Of a DNA stretch of 64,000 nucleotides, positions 43,872-55,700 are shown piece by piece. The DNA comes from Diplonema japonicum (Eukaryota > Protista > Euglenozoa: Diplonemea): NCBI GenBank assembly GCA_964019335.1, contig OZ025746.1, forward strand, positions 248,001 to 312,000, written 5' to 3'. The notes under the pieces are model-generated. The model made no database searches, was not told where the DNA came from, and saw nothing but the letters and a program-made list of their open reading frames with translations. The position numbers were made by a program, and so were the translations under genes. Positions within the stretch are counted from its first letter, which is position 1. Every line of letters begins with the position of its first letter.

Positions 43872-46800
43872 TCAAACATCCCACAAATTGTTAATTGGGT
43901 TTTTTTTAACATCACCACCTACCTGGCTAGCAGACGGCCCGATAGAGGTGACATTGCTACCTTGAGAGGGAGAGTGAATAGAAGAAGGCTCCTCACACAC
44001 ACTGGTAAAGTCCATTTCACCACATTTACCTTCTTCTTCCTCCTGATCAGCTTGCTCATCCAGCTTCTTTTTGCGACGTGACATGTACCACAAGAGAACC
44101 CCCACACATAACACACCCACAAGAAGGATAGGGAATAACACATAAAATACAACCCCCAAAGACCCGTTCCCATCGTCATCATCCTTCACCGCGGGCATGG
44201 GCGACACGCTCATAGGGCGATCAACCCTTGCTGGCTCTGAAATACCTGCAGCGTGCAGGACGGACGTGTTCGCAGGAAGTTCCAAATCTGCAATCATTTT
44301 GACAATCGCAGCTTCCCTCAAAGCATCAACGCCTTCCGAAGTTTGCAGCAAATCGAACCACATATCGAAGTCAACGTACGACCCACCACCTTGCAGGGCA
44401 ACCCCACCCCTTGCCTGCGGGAGGTTATCACCAAATTTACACCCCTTTGCTAAACGTTCGCTTACCAAGCCCGGACAGACTCCTTTTGGACATGCTTCCT
44501 CAGGGCACCCATACTCTATGGTGACACCCTTCACCCAAGGGTCTTGCAACACCTCGGCAATGGCTTTTACAAAGGTCGCCCTTCTTAGTTGTTCCAGTGG
44601 TTTGTTGTAGAACACGCGTATCAAGTATGCCCCCGACATATCTGGTGTGGTGGGCTGCTCGCTCTTTGCGATCATGTACATCGCCACGCCGTTTGGAACG
44701 GTCCCCGTTGTCAGGGATCCTGTGAATGCGGTGTTGCAGCATTGCAGTGTGTTCGGCTGTGGGCGGGTGTCGTATGGTCGAAGCGATGTTGCGTTCTCTC
44801 TAGGCACCCAAGGGCCTTCCACCGACGAACCGTACAGCACATCTACCGTATTTCTGTTGCCGCGAAGGAACTCGCACACCATCTCCCGCATGGGGAACCT
44901 CACGTAGTCGATTGCTGTGCCCAAGACAAGCCTTACAATGTGGACTTCTTGCATGGGTACGACTGCTAGCTGTGCCTCGCAGTTTGTTGCGACGTCTGTC
45001 CACTTGTTGGGCGGTGCACAGTATGTGTCGGGGCCTGTCACAGGGTCGGAGTTGGCACGTGTCTCGTTCGCAGAGCACGGGTAGCACACCCCCGCTACCA
45101 CTAGGTGGTCCTGTTCGCATGTGATGGGCACGCAGACTGCATTGTTTACAAGGTTTCCTGCATTGCACGTCACGCTGCCCGTGCATGAGTAGCCTGCGGC
45201 AGGGGTCACAACCAAAGTGGTCGAGTCAAGAGTTCCATGCGGGATGACTGTGGTGCTGGTGTCGCAGGACAAGGATGGGCCTGTGCAAGTCACAGGCGTC
45301 CTGACGACGTGCACTCCCCCCAAGCACAAGACCTCTCCTGTGCATGTTGTGTCAAGCTCGCAGTGGGCTCCCTCGGTCACGGCACGGTCGCACGTCACCC
45401 CTGCCCTTGTGAACCCTTTCGGGTCACACATGTTCACGCAGTCGGGAAGCCCCGTCACAGTCCCCGCAGCACACCGAACAGAGACGCCTTGCACTGCGCC
45501 ATTTGCCGTTTTGCACGACGCACTGCACACGTCGCCGTCGCTCATCTGGCTGCATGTGAACTGGATGGTGGTGTAGATGCTCAGGTCGCACATCGTGGCC
45601 TTCTTCATGCACGTCACACTTGCTGCGTCGAACATGGGGGTCGTCTCCCTAGTGCAGGCAACCGTGCCCTCGCATTCGTACCCTGCAACACCGGTCACCG
45701 CACACGTCTCACCGAATGCTTTGTCACCACTGCACATCACGACACCATTGGGCACGTTGGGTATCTCCGTACACGGCCTGTTGACACCTACGCAGGTCCC
45801 CGCCACGCAAGTGTCTTCCCACGTGTAAGGGAGGTTGTCGTTACACTGCTTGCCGCTTAGCAACCTTACCGAGCAGGTAGGGCTCCCCGTGCTGCCATCG
45901 CACATGGCAACCCTGCAGCTTGGGTCTGTGTTCACACTGCATTGCGTGCCGCCGCACACGATGGCCCCGAGGCAGACACCCGCAAGACACGTGTCGTTGG
46001 CAGTATCGAGGTCCCCATCGCTGCAAGGCGTGCCGTTTGGCTGAGTTGGATTGTTGCACACCCCCGTGAGGGGGTTGCACGTGCCTTTCATGTGGCATTG
46101 GTCAAGTTGCGTGCACACAACAGTGTCGCAGAGAGATGCTGGTGTCTGTGTCATTGGGGGCACCGGCGAAGGAGTGTCCCTAGATGGCGTATCTGTATCG
46201 GGGGCTGCCGTGCTCACAGATATGCCGCAAGCTGGGTATACTTGCCCAGCGGCGGAACATCTGTCGCAGTCAACCCCACCGTATGCCTCAGGACACACGA
46301 GGCAGCCGGCACCTGACCACTGGTTTCTACAGTTGCATTCACATGCAGTCCTGTCTGTGTTGCTCCCCACGAGGCTCCCGTGGTTGTTGCAGGCCGACGC
46401 CTGGCACTGTGTGCAATCAGGGTACCCAATGTAGCCGTCAGCACACTTGTCACATGTGGTTTGGTCGTAAATATCAATGCACGTGTTGCATGTATTGCCC
46501 TGCCATTTCCCGCTGCAGGTACAAGTGCACGCTGTCTGGTCAGTGTTGGACACCACGCTGCTGGCGTGGTCACTGCAGTGTGTGGCTGTTGTGCACTCAA
46601 CGCACTTAGGGTAGCTGATGTAGCCGGTCAAGCAGGCCGCGCACCCTGCCGAGGCATTATGCGGATGCTGGCATGCCCCACAGCTGTCACCTGTCCACGA
46701 CGCTGTGCACGTCTGGCAGATGCAGAGCGTGCGCTCGGCGTTCGTGATGATGCCGCTGGCAGCCCTCCCGTTACAGTGCACTGCAGAAGTACAGAGGACA

Positions 46801-49800
46801 CAATTGGGATATCCGATGTGACCTGCTGCGCACCTGTCGCAAGTCAAGGAGTCGTATTGCAATTTACAATTGTTGCACTGCGGACCTTCCCACTGAGCAG
46901 CACAGGTGCAGACACATGCATCTGTGTTGGGATCGGAGGTTACGGAAGTTGCGTGGTTGCTGCAGTCACCTGTGACCGTGCAGAGGTTACAGGTAGGGAA
47001 CCCGACTCTGCCTACAGCACACGTGTTGCAGCCGGCGCCGTACTGTGTAGGGCATGTCGCGCACGTTGCGCCTTCCCACTTGTCTTTGCACTCTGTGCAG
47101 TGGCACTGTGTGTTGCTGCTGTCCGACGTCACTTTGAGTCCTTTTCCGTTGCAGTCAGCAGAGGCATCGCAAGCCCTGCAAGTGGCGCCCACGTACCCCG
47201 TATTGCAGCCGCTGCACGTCACTTGGTTGTACTTCACATCACATGAAGAGCAGTCGGCACCAGACCAGTTGCCATCGCATGTGCATACACAGCTTCCGCC
47301 ACTTGAGGTCACCGAACTAGCATGTCTCGAGCACGAGACATCGATAGTGCACTTCACGCAGTTGGGCGGTGTGCCGATATATCCGGTGGCGCATGTGTTG
47401 CAGGCGCTGCCGCCGTACGGGTCAGGACAATGTTGGCACGCGTCGCCGACCCACCGGTTGACGCACGCACATGTGCAGCCGTCCTGAGCGAAAGTAGGTG
47501 CTACTGAAGATGCCCGCCCGTTGCAGTGCGTTGCCGATGTACACGTCACACAAGAAGGGTATTGAACAAGCCCCGCTGCACAGGAGTTGCACGCTATTTG
47601 GTCGTACTTTGTGGGGCACGTGTCGCACTGCTCGCCTGTCCATTGTGCTGCACACGAACAGACACAGCCTGTCTGCAGGGCGTTCGGCGCGACGGAGTTA
47701 GCGTTCCCGTTGCAGTGCAGTTGGAGGCTGCACGTCGTGCACGCGGGATACCCGACAGCACTCGTGTGGCACTGGTTGCAATCAGCTCCGGCAAAGGGTG
47801 CACTGCATAAGCCACAGTTAGCTCCGGACCACCCGTTTCTACATTCGCACAAGCAGGTGTTCATCTCTGTGGGATGAGGCATCACAGAAAGGGCATTCCC
47901 GTTACAGTCGGTGCCCACACTACAGGTCATTGGTACGCACGAAGCGCCTGTCACGTCGTACTTGCCTGCGGTGCACTGCAGGGTGATGTCCCCTACAGCA
48001 CGGAAGCCTGGGTTGCATCTGTAGTCCAGCTGTGCACGGCATGTATCGCCTGAGCGCATGTTGTTGCACCCTTCGAACCTTGTTGCGACGCTGTTGGCGG
48101 GCACGCTGCCTGTGTTCGGGCCGTTGCCGCAAGGATTCCCTATGCACGAGCCATACGACTGGTATGCACCTGCGGCATCGCATTGCAGCACGAAACTGCT
48201 CCCCGTGGTGTACCCAGGCTGGCAAGTGTACTCGCTGCACGTCTCCCCCGACGTCAGAGCGTTGCAAGAGGAGAAATCATTCGAGTTAAACGGCGGGTTA
48301 GTGGGCCCGCTGTTACATGGATTCGGCGTGCACGTCACTGTGGATACATTGAAGTACCCACCCACGCATTCCAAGACCAGATCAGTGGTCGACGTGTAAC
48401 CCGGCATGCATGAAAACATTTCCTTGGTGCACGTCTGTGTGGATATAAGCGTAGTGCACGCGTCGAAGCGGTCTGCCGTCGTAGTCGAGGGCACAGTGCT
48501 TAGTATAGGCCCCTTGTCGCAGGGGTCTGTGGGAAGGCATTGTGCAGTCACCGCAGAGTACCCGGTGCTGTTGCACGCCAGCAGCAAAGTGCCCACAGGT
48601 CCGTACCCCGTGTCGCATGTGTAGCTGCACGTCATCCCGGTGCTCATGCCTGTGCAAGCTGCAAAGCCAGCCGCAGTGCTGTTTTCGGGGAGTGTAGATG
48701 TTATCGGGCCTCCCGAGCAGGGTGTCGGCGTGCATGTTATGCCGCTCACTGTGTAGTACGCTTGCGGCGTGCAAGCCATCACAAGGGTCCCGCTCAGGTC
48801 GTACCCTGTGTCGCACTGCACGGTGCTGCACGTGGCTCCGTGTGCTAGCTGATTGCAGCTTTGAAAGCCGTTGATAGAAGCACCCGAAGGGATGCTGCCC
48901 GCAACTGGCCCGTTGTTGCACGGTTTGGCCACACAGCTGCCTGCTGATGCGTCATAGTTGCCAGAGGCGTCGCAGATGAGGGTGAACTCCACTACTGCCG
49001 TGTACCCTGTGTCGCAGGAGTACCCGCCAGAGTTGCACGGCTCGCCCGAGACCTTTGCGCTACAACCACCGAAGTTACCAGCATTTGTATTCGCGGGAGT
49101 CGCCGAAGGGCCGCCTGTGCAAGTGTTCGGCACGCACTGGGCACCGGTCATGTCATAGGTCCCCGTGCAGACGAGGGTTATGTCGCCCATCGGGGTGTAC
49201 CCAGGGTCGCAGGTCCAATCAGTCCCCGCACGGCACACGTCGTTGGTGTCCATCACATCGCATGCAACAAAGTTCGCCTTTTGCGTGTTGTTCGGCATGT
49301 TGTAAGGACCGCTCATGCAGTCCATCTTTATGCATGACGCGCCTGTGGTGGCGTAGTTGCCCGCAGCGTCGCAGATGAGCTTGAAGTCCCCTGTAGGGAA
49401 GTAGCCCGGGTCACAGAGGTACCCTTGCGATGCGTACATGACTTCCGTCTGCTCACAAATGATGCCCGAGACAAGCCCGTTGCAGTAGGTGAACATTCCA
49501 GCGTTGGTGTTGGCGGGTGTGGAGGTGGGCCCTGCGGTGCATGTGTTCGGCGTGCACACGGCACCAGAGGCGTTGTAGTTCCCGCTAGCATCGCACTGCA
49601 GCGTGAGGGTCCCTGAAGCAGTCCACCCTGCGGAACACGAGAAGCCTGTCCCACCGGGGCATGTCTGACCAGTGGTCAGGGCATTGCATGCAGACCAGTC
49701 TCCAGCAGCGGGGATGGGTGTTCCAGGGACAGTTCCCGTCTGAACGGTCTGTGTCCCACCGTGTAGCTCTGTGGGGTACCCTGGGTCGGGTGCTGGGAAG

Positions 49801-50261
49801 GGCCCCGCCGTGCAAGCGTTTGGGTCACACGACGACGCACTGGCATCATAGGTGCCTGCTGCAGAACAGGTGACAACGAAGGCGATAGGATGGTGGTACA
49901 ACCCGCAGTCGTAGGTGGTGCACGACATGCCAGTCGTGAGTGTGTTGCAGGACACAAAAGCAGCTGCGGTGTACCCGGAAGGGATCCCTCCAGAAGGGCC
50001 GTTATTGCATTGGTTTGCTGTGCACACTCCCCCAGACCACGCACCCGCGTTGCAGACGGCGGCGCTGCAGGTGTAGCCTGTGAGCGATACTCCACACGTT
50101 CCTGGGCTGGTCACAGTGCCCCCGCTGGTGCAATTCACACCTGTAACCCCCGCGCTCGCCGGCACTACGTTTAAACTGTTGAAGGCACAGTCCTGCCCTG
50201 CAACCACCCCTGCATAACATAACACTGCTAACAACACACTGGGTTTCGTAAACAATTTCAT
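43872..50261 (-). CDS. Giant Cys-rich type I surface protein (2129 aa) with laminin-EGF-like and other Cys repeats
   Basis: Signal peptide, repeated CxxGP...FxxC...C..GY modules, CNG.A..V...CxCxC...W.G..C EGF-like units, C-terminal TM followed by RRKKK. Confidence 0.9.
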   Translation of the reverse strand: MKLFTKPSVLLAVLCYAGVVAGQDCAFNSLNVVPASAGVTGVNCTSGGTVTSPGTCGVSLTGYTCSAAVCNAGAWSGGVCTANQCNNGPSGGIPSGYTAAAFVSCNTLTTGMSCTTYDCGLYHHPIAFVVTCSAAGTYDASASSCDPNACTAGPFPAPDPGYPTELHGGTQTVQTGTVPGTPIPAAGDWSACNALTTGQTCPGGTGFSCSAGWTASGTLTLQCDASGNYNASGAVCTPNTCTAGPTSTPANTNAGMFTYCNGLVSGIICEQTEVMYASQGYLCDPGYFPTGDFKLICDAAGNYATTGASCIKMDCMSGPYNMPNNTQKANFVACDVMDTNDVCRAGTDWTCDPGYTPMGDITLVCTGTYDMTGAQCVPNTCTGGPSATPANTNAGNFGGCSAKVSGEPCNSGGYSCDTGYTAVVEFTLICDASGNYDASAGSCVAKPCNNGPVAGSIPSGASINGFQSCNQLAHGATCSTVQCDTGYDLSGTLVMACTPQAYYTVSGITCTPTPCSGGPITSTLPENSTAAGFAACTGMSTGMTCSYTCDTGYGPVGTLLLACNSTGYSAVTAQCLPTDPCDKGPILSTVPSTTTADRFDACTTLISTQTCTKEMFSCMPGYTSTTDLVLECVGGYFNVSTVTCTPNPCNSGPTNPPFNSNDFSSCNALTSGETCSEYTCQPGYTTGSSFVLQCDAAGAYQSYGSCIGNPCGNGPNTGSVPANSVATRFEGCNNMRSGDTCRAQLDYRCNPGFRAVGDITLQCTAGKYDVTGASCVPMTCSVGTDCNGNALSVMPHPTEMNTCLCECRNGWSGANCGLCSAPFAGADCNQCHTSAVGYPACTTCSLQLHCNGNANSVAPNALQTGCVCSCAAQWTGEQCDTCPTKYDQIACNSCAAGLVQYPSCVTCTSATHCNGRASSVAPTFAQDGCTCACVNRWVGDACQHCPDPYGGSACNTCATGYIGTPPNCVKCTIDVSCSRHASSVTSSGGSCVCTCDGNWSGADCSSCDVKYNQVTCSGCNTGYVGATCRACDASADCNGKGLKVTSDSSNTQCHCTECKDKWEGATCATCPTQYGAGCNTCAVGRVGFPTCNLCTVTGDCSNHATSVTSDPNTDACVCTCAAQWEGPQCNNCKLQYDSLTCDRCAAGHIGYPNCVLCTSAVHCNGRAASGIITNAERTLCICQTCTASWTGDSCGACQHPHNASAGCAACLTGYISYPKCVECTTATHCSDHASSVVSNTDQTACTCTCSGKWQGNTCNTCIDIYDQTTCDKCADGYIGYPDCTQCQASACNNHGSLVGSNTDRTACECNCRNQWSGAGCLVCPEAYGGVDCDRCSAAGQVYPACGISVSTAAPDTDTPSRDTPSPVPPMTQTPASLCDTVVCTQLDQCHMKGTCNPLTGVCNNPTQPNGTPCSDGDLDTANDTCLAGVCLGAIVCGGTQCSVNTDPSCRVAMCDGSTGSPTCSVRLLSGKQCNDNLPYTWEDTCVAGTCVGVNRPCTEIPNVPNGVVMCSGDKAFGETCAVTGVAGYECEGTVACTRETTPMFDAASVTCMKKATMCDLSIYTTIQFTCSQMSDGDVCSASCKTANGAVQGVSVRCAAGTVTGLPDCVNMCDPKGFTRAGVTCDRAVTEGAHCELDTTCTGEVLCLGGVHVVRTPVTCTGPSLSCDTSTTVIPHGTLDSTTLVVTPAAGYSCTGSVTCNAGNLVNNAVCVPITCEQDHLVVAGVCYPCSANETRANSDPVTGPDTYCAPPNKWTDVATNCEAQLAVVPMQEVHIVRLVLGTAIDYVRFPMREMVCEFLRGNRNTVDVLYGSSVEGPWVPRENATSLRPYDTRPQPNTLQCCNTAFTGSLTTGTVPNGVAMYMIAKSEQPTTPDMSGAYLIRVFYNKPLEQLRRATFVKAIAEVLQDPWVKGVTIEYGCPEEACPKGVCPGLVSERLAKGCKFGDNLPQARGGVALQGGGSYVDFDMWFDLLQTSEGVDALREAAIVKMIADLELPANTSVLHAAGISEPARVDRPMSVSPMPAVKDDDDGNGSLGVVFYVLFPILLVGVLCVGVLLWYMSRRKKKLDEQADQEEEEGKCGEMDFTSVCEEPSSIHSPSQGSNVTSIGPSASQVGGDVKKNPINNLWDV

Positions 50262-50291
50262 TCTTTTTTTTCACTTTTCTTTTTCTCGTTT

Positions 50292-50325
<34 letters not shown>

Positions 50326-50746
50326 TTAAGTTCTTTATGACACCATCGTGTAGGTCCTGTTTTATTATTATTATTATTTTTTTGCATTAATGTTTGAGAA
50401 AGCAAAGCGTAACGCAAAAAAAGAAAGAAAAAAAGAAAAAGCGGGGAGCGGAGGGGGGAATGGTTTGCACATGAAGGAAATCATAAACAATAATAATAAA
50501 AATAACGACCCCCCCCCTTTTTTCTTCTCCCTCACAAGAAGGAAGAAGAAAACCCGCCACTATCTTTTAATATGGAAAAAAAAAAACGACTTTTTTTTTT
50601 GAGACGATCACCGATCTAAGCAAACAGAGGGGAGGGGAACACGGAAAAAAAAAGGAAGAAAAGCGGTGGATAACGCAGAAAGGGGGGTCAAAAAAAAAAG
50701 AAATCTATAATAATAAAAAAAAAACTCTAAATTTTTCTTTTTTTTT

Positions 50747-52355
50747 CTAAACAGGTATTTTCGTAGGGAACAGTAATGAAACCTTTTTTTTTTTTTTTTT
50801 TTTTTTTTTTCCCCAACCATACCGTCTGTGTGCTAATCAGAGAAACAGCAGGGTAACAAGCCTTTGTCACATGTCGATATGCGGGGCCCATTGAAATCCC
50901 GTTTTTGAAAAACTCAAGCGTTTGTGTGTTGTAGTCAAGCTTGCAACCGACCACGTCGCCCGGGGAGCAAGGATGCCCGTACGGCGCCAGAAAATCGTTT
51001 CGATACGTCTTTGTCCCCTTCCCGGTGTTGAAACCCATGGAATTATCGTCCTCCCCGAGGATGTCGCACATGGCAAACGCCCCATCAAAGACAATACCCA
51101 CCATCACATTGTGACCGTTTTTGGTGTCGTACCTATCAAGCTTCACTTCCCAATAATGGACGCCGTGAGTCAGCAATGTGCAGGTCATGATGGTCTCCCA
51201 GTTCTTCGACGACGATGTGACGGTGAGTCCACGAGATGAGACTTGCGAGTCTCCATATGTTGACTTTTCCCACTTAAACCCTTTTTGTTGAAACAGTGAA
51301 GCAGGTTCTATAACAGAATCCTGCATTCTGTCCTCCACAACTCGGAATTCAAGGTCTAGAGAGTCCACCCCGTCTATCATGTCCTTGTATCTGCTGATGG
51401 AAAACTGTGGTAAACTGACCTGGGAGATACCGACCGGTTTTTGCTGCATCAGTTCCCGTTCCATTTCAACCCTGGAGGTCATGATGTCAACGTAGTTCGA
51501 GTGCGCCATCGCTCGTTCCACTTTTGCGACGGATTCGTTCAGCTTTGCGACCAGAGCGACGGTGGCTTCCCGGTTGTCCCGAAGCCCGTCGATTTGTTCA
51601 ATCGAACCAACACGGGCTTTCTGCATCAAAAGCGCTTTTTTCGCGTCAAGTCGTTCTTTAATGGAGTCGATGGTGCGTTCAAACACAAGTAGTTCTTCCG
51701 TCGTGCTTCGTTCGATGTTTAGAATAGAGTCGTCGACCGTTTTGCAAACCGCTCGTAAGTCTGATCGAAGTCGTGAAGTGGCGTCTAATACGTCGCGTAG
51801 CTTCGACCGTTCGATCTCGCCCGCCTCCTTCACCGGTAGGATTTTATGTGTTCTGTGCGTAAAGTCGGTTTGGGAACACAGCACGCATAGCAGTTCGTTG
51901 CAGTCTACACAGTACAGATCTGTACGGTAGTCGGAGTGCCCTGGTTTTGAACATTTTGGAGGTCGTTTTGTAGCGGTTACCGCTGATGTGGAATATGTAA
52001 GTTTGTGTTGTTTTAGTCTTCCCACGTGTATTATATCTGAGCAGCTGCTGCACAAGGGTAGCCCGCATTCTGAACAGTGTAGGGTGGCTTCTACTTTTTC
52101 GCATCTAGAGCACCCTACCTTGTGTACGGCGTCGCCTTTCATGACGTCGATGAGGTCCATCAGGTTTTGGTTGATGACGAGTTCCGACTCGCTTCCATAC
52201 CTGCTTTGCTGCCTGCACACGGTGCACGTTACCTTTATCGATCGGCCGCCTCCGCTCTGTGCGTTGTTTCGCAGGATGCAGCCTTTGCACACGTTGTGCC
52301 CGCATTGTAACGTAACCGGAAACCGGTACAACTCCAAGCACACCGGGCACGTCAT
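50747..52355 (-). CDS. TRIM-like RING-Bbox-Bbox-coiled-coil-SPRY E3 ligase; exons 52355-50823 and 50782-50747
   Basis: CPVC..CGHNVCKGC RING, two B-boxes, HYWEVKL..GDVVGC..YPAVSL SPRY; spliced ending STQTVSLLFPTKIPV*. Confidence 0.9.
50783..50822 (-). other. 40-nt poly(A) intron with AAG acceptor
   Basis: GTATGGTTGGGG(A)nG; no pyrimidines in the 3' three quarters. Confidence 0.82.
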
Positions 52356-52705
52356 TGTCTTTTTTTTTTTGACGGGACGTGTGTCCCGCCCGACTTTTCT
52401 CCTTCTCCCCTCCTCTCTTTCTCCTCCTTTGGTGATGGTTTATGTGAAGACCGGGGTATTATGAGACGGGGGTAAAAAAAAGGGGGGACAAAGGAACGGG
52501 AGGGGGATTTCTTCGTTCTTTTTGCTTTTCTTTTATCTATAATACAAAATTTGCAAAGCGAAAAAAAAAATAAGGGATGGGGGGCTTTTTTTAACACGGG
52601 GGGGGGGGGGGGGAATGGAGGAAACAAAAGCGGGAATAACAACAGGGAAGAAAACTGTACACAATTTCTTTTTTTAAAAAAAAAAAACTTTTTTTTTTAT
52701 TGTAT

Positions 52706-55700
52706 CTAAAATGAAAGCGTAGAAGCGTCCGAGGGCCAGTCATCGTTTTGGGGAGGACGTACTGCACCGGGGCGGCTTGGAGAAACGTTTCGAGAAGTGG
52801 GTTGGGATTGATAGTTGGACAACGGGAGCTCGTCAGCATAGCCCAGATGATCAAGGTTGTAGTTCACATCGGACTCTGTCTCTGTAGAAAACGCAGGGTC
52901 GGGGAAGTTGTCATAAGGAAGCGCCTGAGCAGGTGGGACATCACCCACACCACCACCACCACCACCACCACCAGGAGGCATGTAATTCAACATGGCCTCG
53001 GTGTCAGATGAGTCATAACCAGATTCGACATCATCCTCCGCTTCTGCGGCTGCCTCGTTTCCGATAATATCTCTCGCTGCCTTTTCCTCCAGTTTTTGAA
53101 TCTCATCCTCGATCCCCTTCAAGTGATCCGACAGCTGTAGTTCCCCTTTGTTGAAATTCTCTGCAAAGTAAGCTTTCAACCTGTCCAGGACGAACAGCAC
53201 ATTGCCCCCGTGTATTGTTTCCTTGTACTTACCGTCGGACAACTTCAACACCTCTTTCTGCAGCATTAATTCCCGTTCCGACATCAGCCCCAATGGTATG
53301 GGGTTCCGAGGAGGCGAGGTAATGTGCGGGTTGCGTCGCAACATTTCCTGCGTTTCACCGTCGTTCTTGTCTTCCATGAGCCTGATGATGTTGAGATAGA
53401 ACAGTATGTTCGAAGTCCCGTGCACTGCGATAAGGTCCCTGAGTTCTCTAAGCAGCGTTTCTGTTTTTGGGAGGATGTAGTGGTACATGTCGTAGAAAAA
53501 CCATCGCTTCCCCTTCTGGCTTTGCGGTGTCATAAGAAGCCCTTTCTTCGCCTTCGTTTTGTGCTTCACCAGGTTCTTGAGCTCCTGGTCGATGCGCTGC
53601 TCGGACAGTTTGTGGAACGGGATGAAGAAGGAGAACAGTTCGCCTTCCCCCACGTCCTTCACATCCCACGACTGCAGCGTCGTTGATTTCATTGTCTGCT
53701 GAACGTACGGCTGGCTTGCTCCGTTGTTGAACCTTCTCAACGTTGGCTTATTGCTTTTGTTGTAGTTCGCACCAAAGGTGATCGGAAGGTGCATGAGGAT
53801 GGCCATGTCGGCGTAGTCATTGTCAATCATGACCTCTTTGGGTTTTCCAGCACGGGGTGTCCTTGGCGTCTTTGGTGTGGAGGCCACCGACACTCCAGGC
53901 AGGAATTCCGTCCGCTTCCCGACCATCGGTGCTGAGAACAGAGCCTTCTTCCCGCTGTTCCCTCCACCGTTCCATGGGGGCCGCTTCTCTGACACCCTTG
54001 TCGATGTGGGCGACTTCGACCTCCCGAACAGCTTGCGCAGCTTCTTGTCGTTGTCCCTTCCTCTTTTAGACGGCGTCAGCGGGGTTTGCTGTGTTTCTTG
54101 TCTGAACGATGGGTAGTTCTGAAGCTCCGAGAATCCGGGTTCCGAGTACATCCCATCCCCCACCACCAGCGCCCCAGACTGCTGTGTTTGCTGCACGGGG
54201 AACGGCGACACTGCTCCAGGTCTGTCTTGCACTTGCGGCTGACCTGCCATTAAAAATGGCGGCGGTACCCCCTGCACGGCCCCCCCCACGCCTGTCGAGG
54301 CCAATGTCGCGTGTATGACATGTGACAGGATGGTGTGCGTCAGCCGTGCCTTCCTGTCCATGTCCGACAGCTGCCCAGGCAGCGCGGTCATCGCCTCTTC
54401 GATGAAGGAGTGTGCCATGGGGTGCCCCGCAGCACCTACCTCCTGGTCGTGCATCATCTGCGATACAACCTGTGCCAGGCCGACCCTGTCGGTCCAGTTG
54501 ACACCGTTGTTGATGTGTATGTTGTTCAGGTAGTTGTCCTTGCAGTCCACGATGTAGACCCCGTTGAGGACAGGCGGCGACAGCTCGTCCACCGCGGAGA
54601 GGAGGTGCTGCCTGAGCTGGCCGATCCAAATGGGATAGGCGCCGACCGTCTGATTTGTGTACTCACGTGACTTGGGGTTCTTAGAAAGGATGAGTGCAAA
54701 GGTCAACGCAAGTTCGCTGCGCAGCTCAGGGGACGCCTTGTCGGTGCCGCTGCCGTCGGCGTTGATGAGGAGCGAGAGGCTGGGGAAGAAGTGGGTGTAT
54801 GCTTCGTGCAGTTCCTCACAGAGCCCCGACGAGGTCGCTGCTTGCACAAGCTTGCGGAGAGCTCTCACCTTCAAGCACTTGATATCGTCGGTTGCCTGAT
54901 CCCTTTGGAGCAGCATCTTGGGACCGCCTTGAGTGAGGAGCTGCACTGTGTAGTTGTGCTTCTGCCCGCAGGTGGAGGCCTCGAGGAGCAGCATGGCCTC
55001 CAACACCTTAACGACGGCAGTGAGGACGTCGTGGTTGGTGTTCCCAGAGAGGAAGGTCTGCAGGACAGACGCGAGCTCGGGGAGGAGCTGTCTGTCCTCA
55101 TGTACGGTCTGAAGGTAAATCTGAGGGCAGGCGTAGAACAAGATGGACATGGTCTCGAAGAGGAGGATCACAACGTACTTCGAGTGCTCCGCTTTGATCT
55201 GCATGACAGAGCGCTCCACGATCGGCAGCGTGAGGAACTGCTCGGGGACCTTCTCTGCCAAGACCCGCATGATGGCACAGACGTAATTCCTGACCATCAC
55301 AGCGGGATCGTTGAAAAGGCAATTGAACATACTCACAGTCGCCCCTTCTTGGATCAAGACAGGGATCAACGGCTCCGCACGCATTACAAGCACGAACAAG
55401 CACTCCGCGAGGGATACTCGAACGGCTTCGCTCCCTTCAGGTGGCAACCCTTCCCCGGGTGCGAGGTGCTGCAACGCAGTCTTCAAGAACGAGCTGTGTG
55501 CCAAGGCAGCTACACACTTGTCGCCCAGAACCTGCACGGCGCCTTCTTCTGTGCACATTGACACGATTTTAGTAACCGTCTGCACACACAGCACCTTGCA
55601 TTCCGTATACGCTGGGCTGCCCATTTGGTAGGAAGGCGTGGGGATCTCAAGCAGGGAAACAAGGAGGGATAAGATGCTGGGCTGCAGGTCGAAGACAAGC

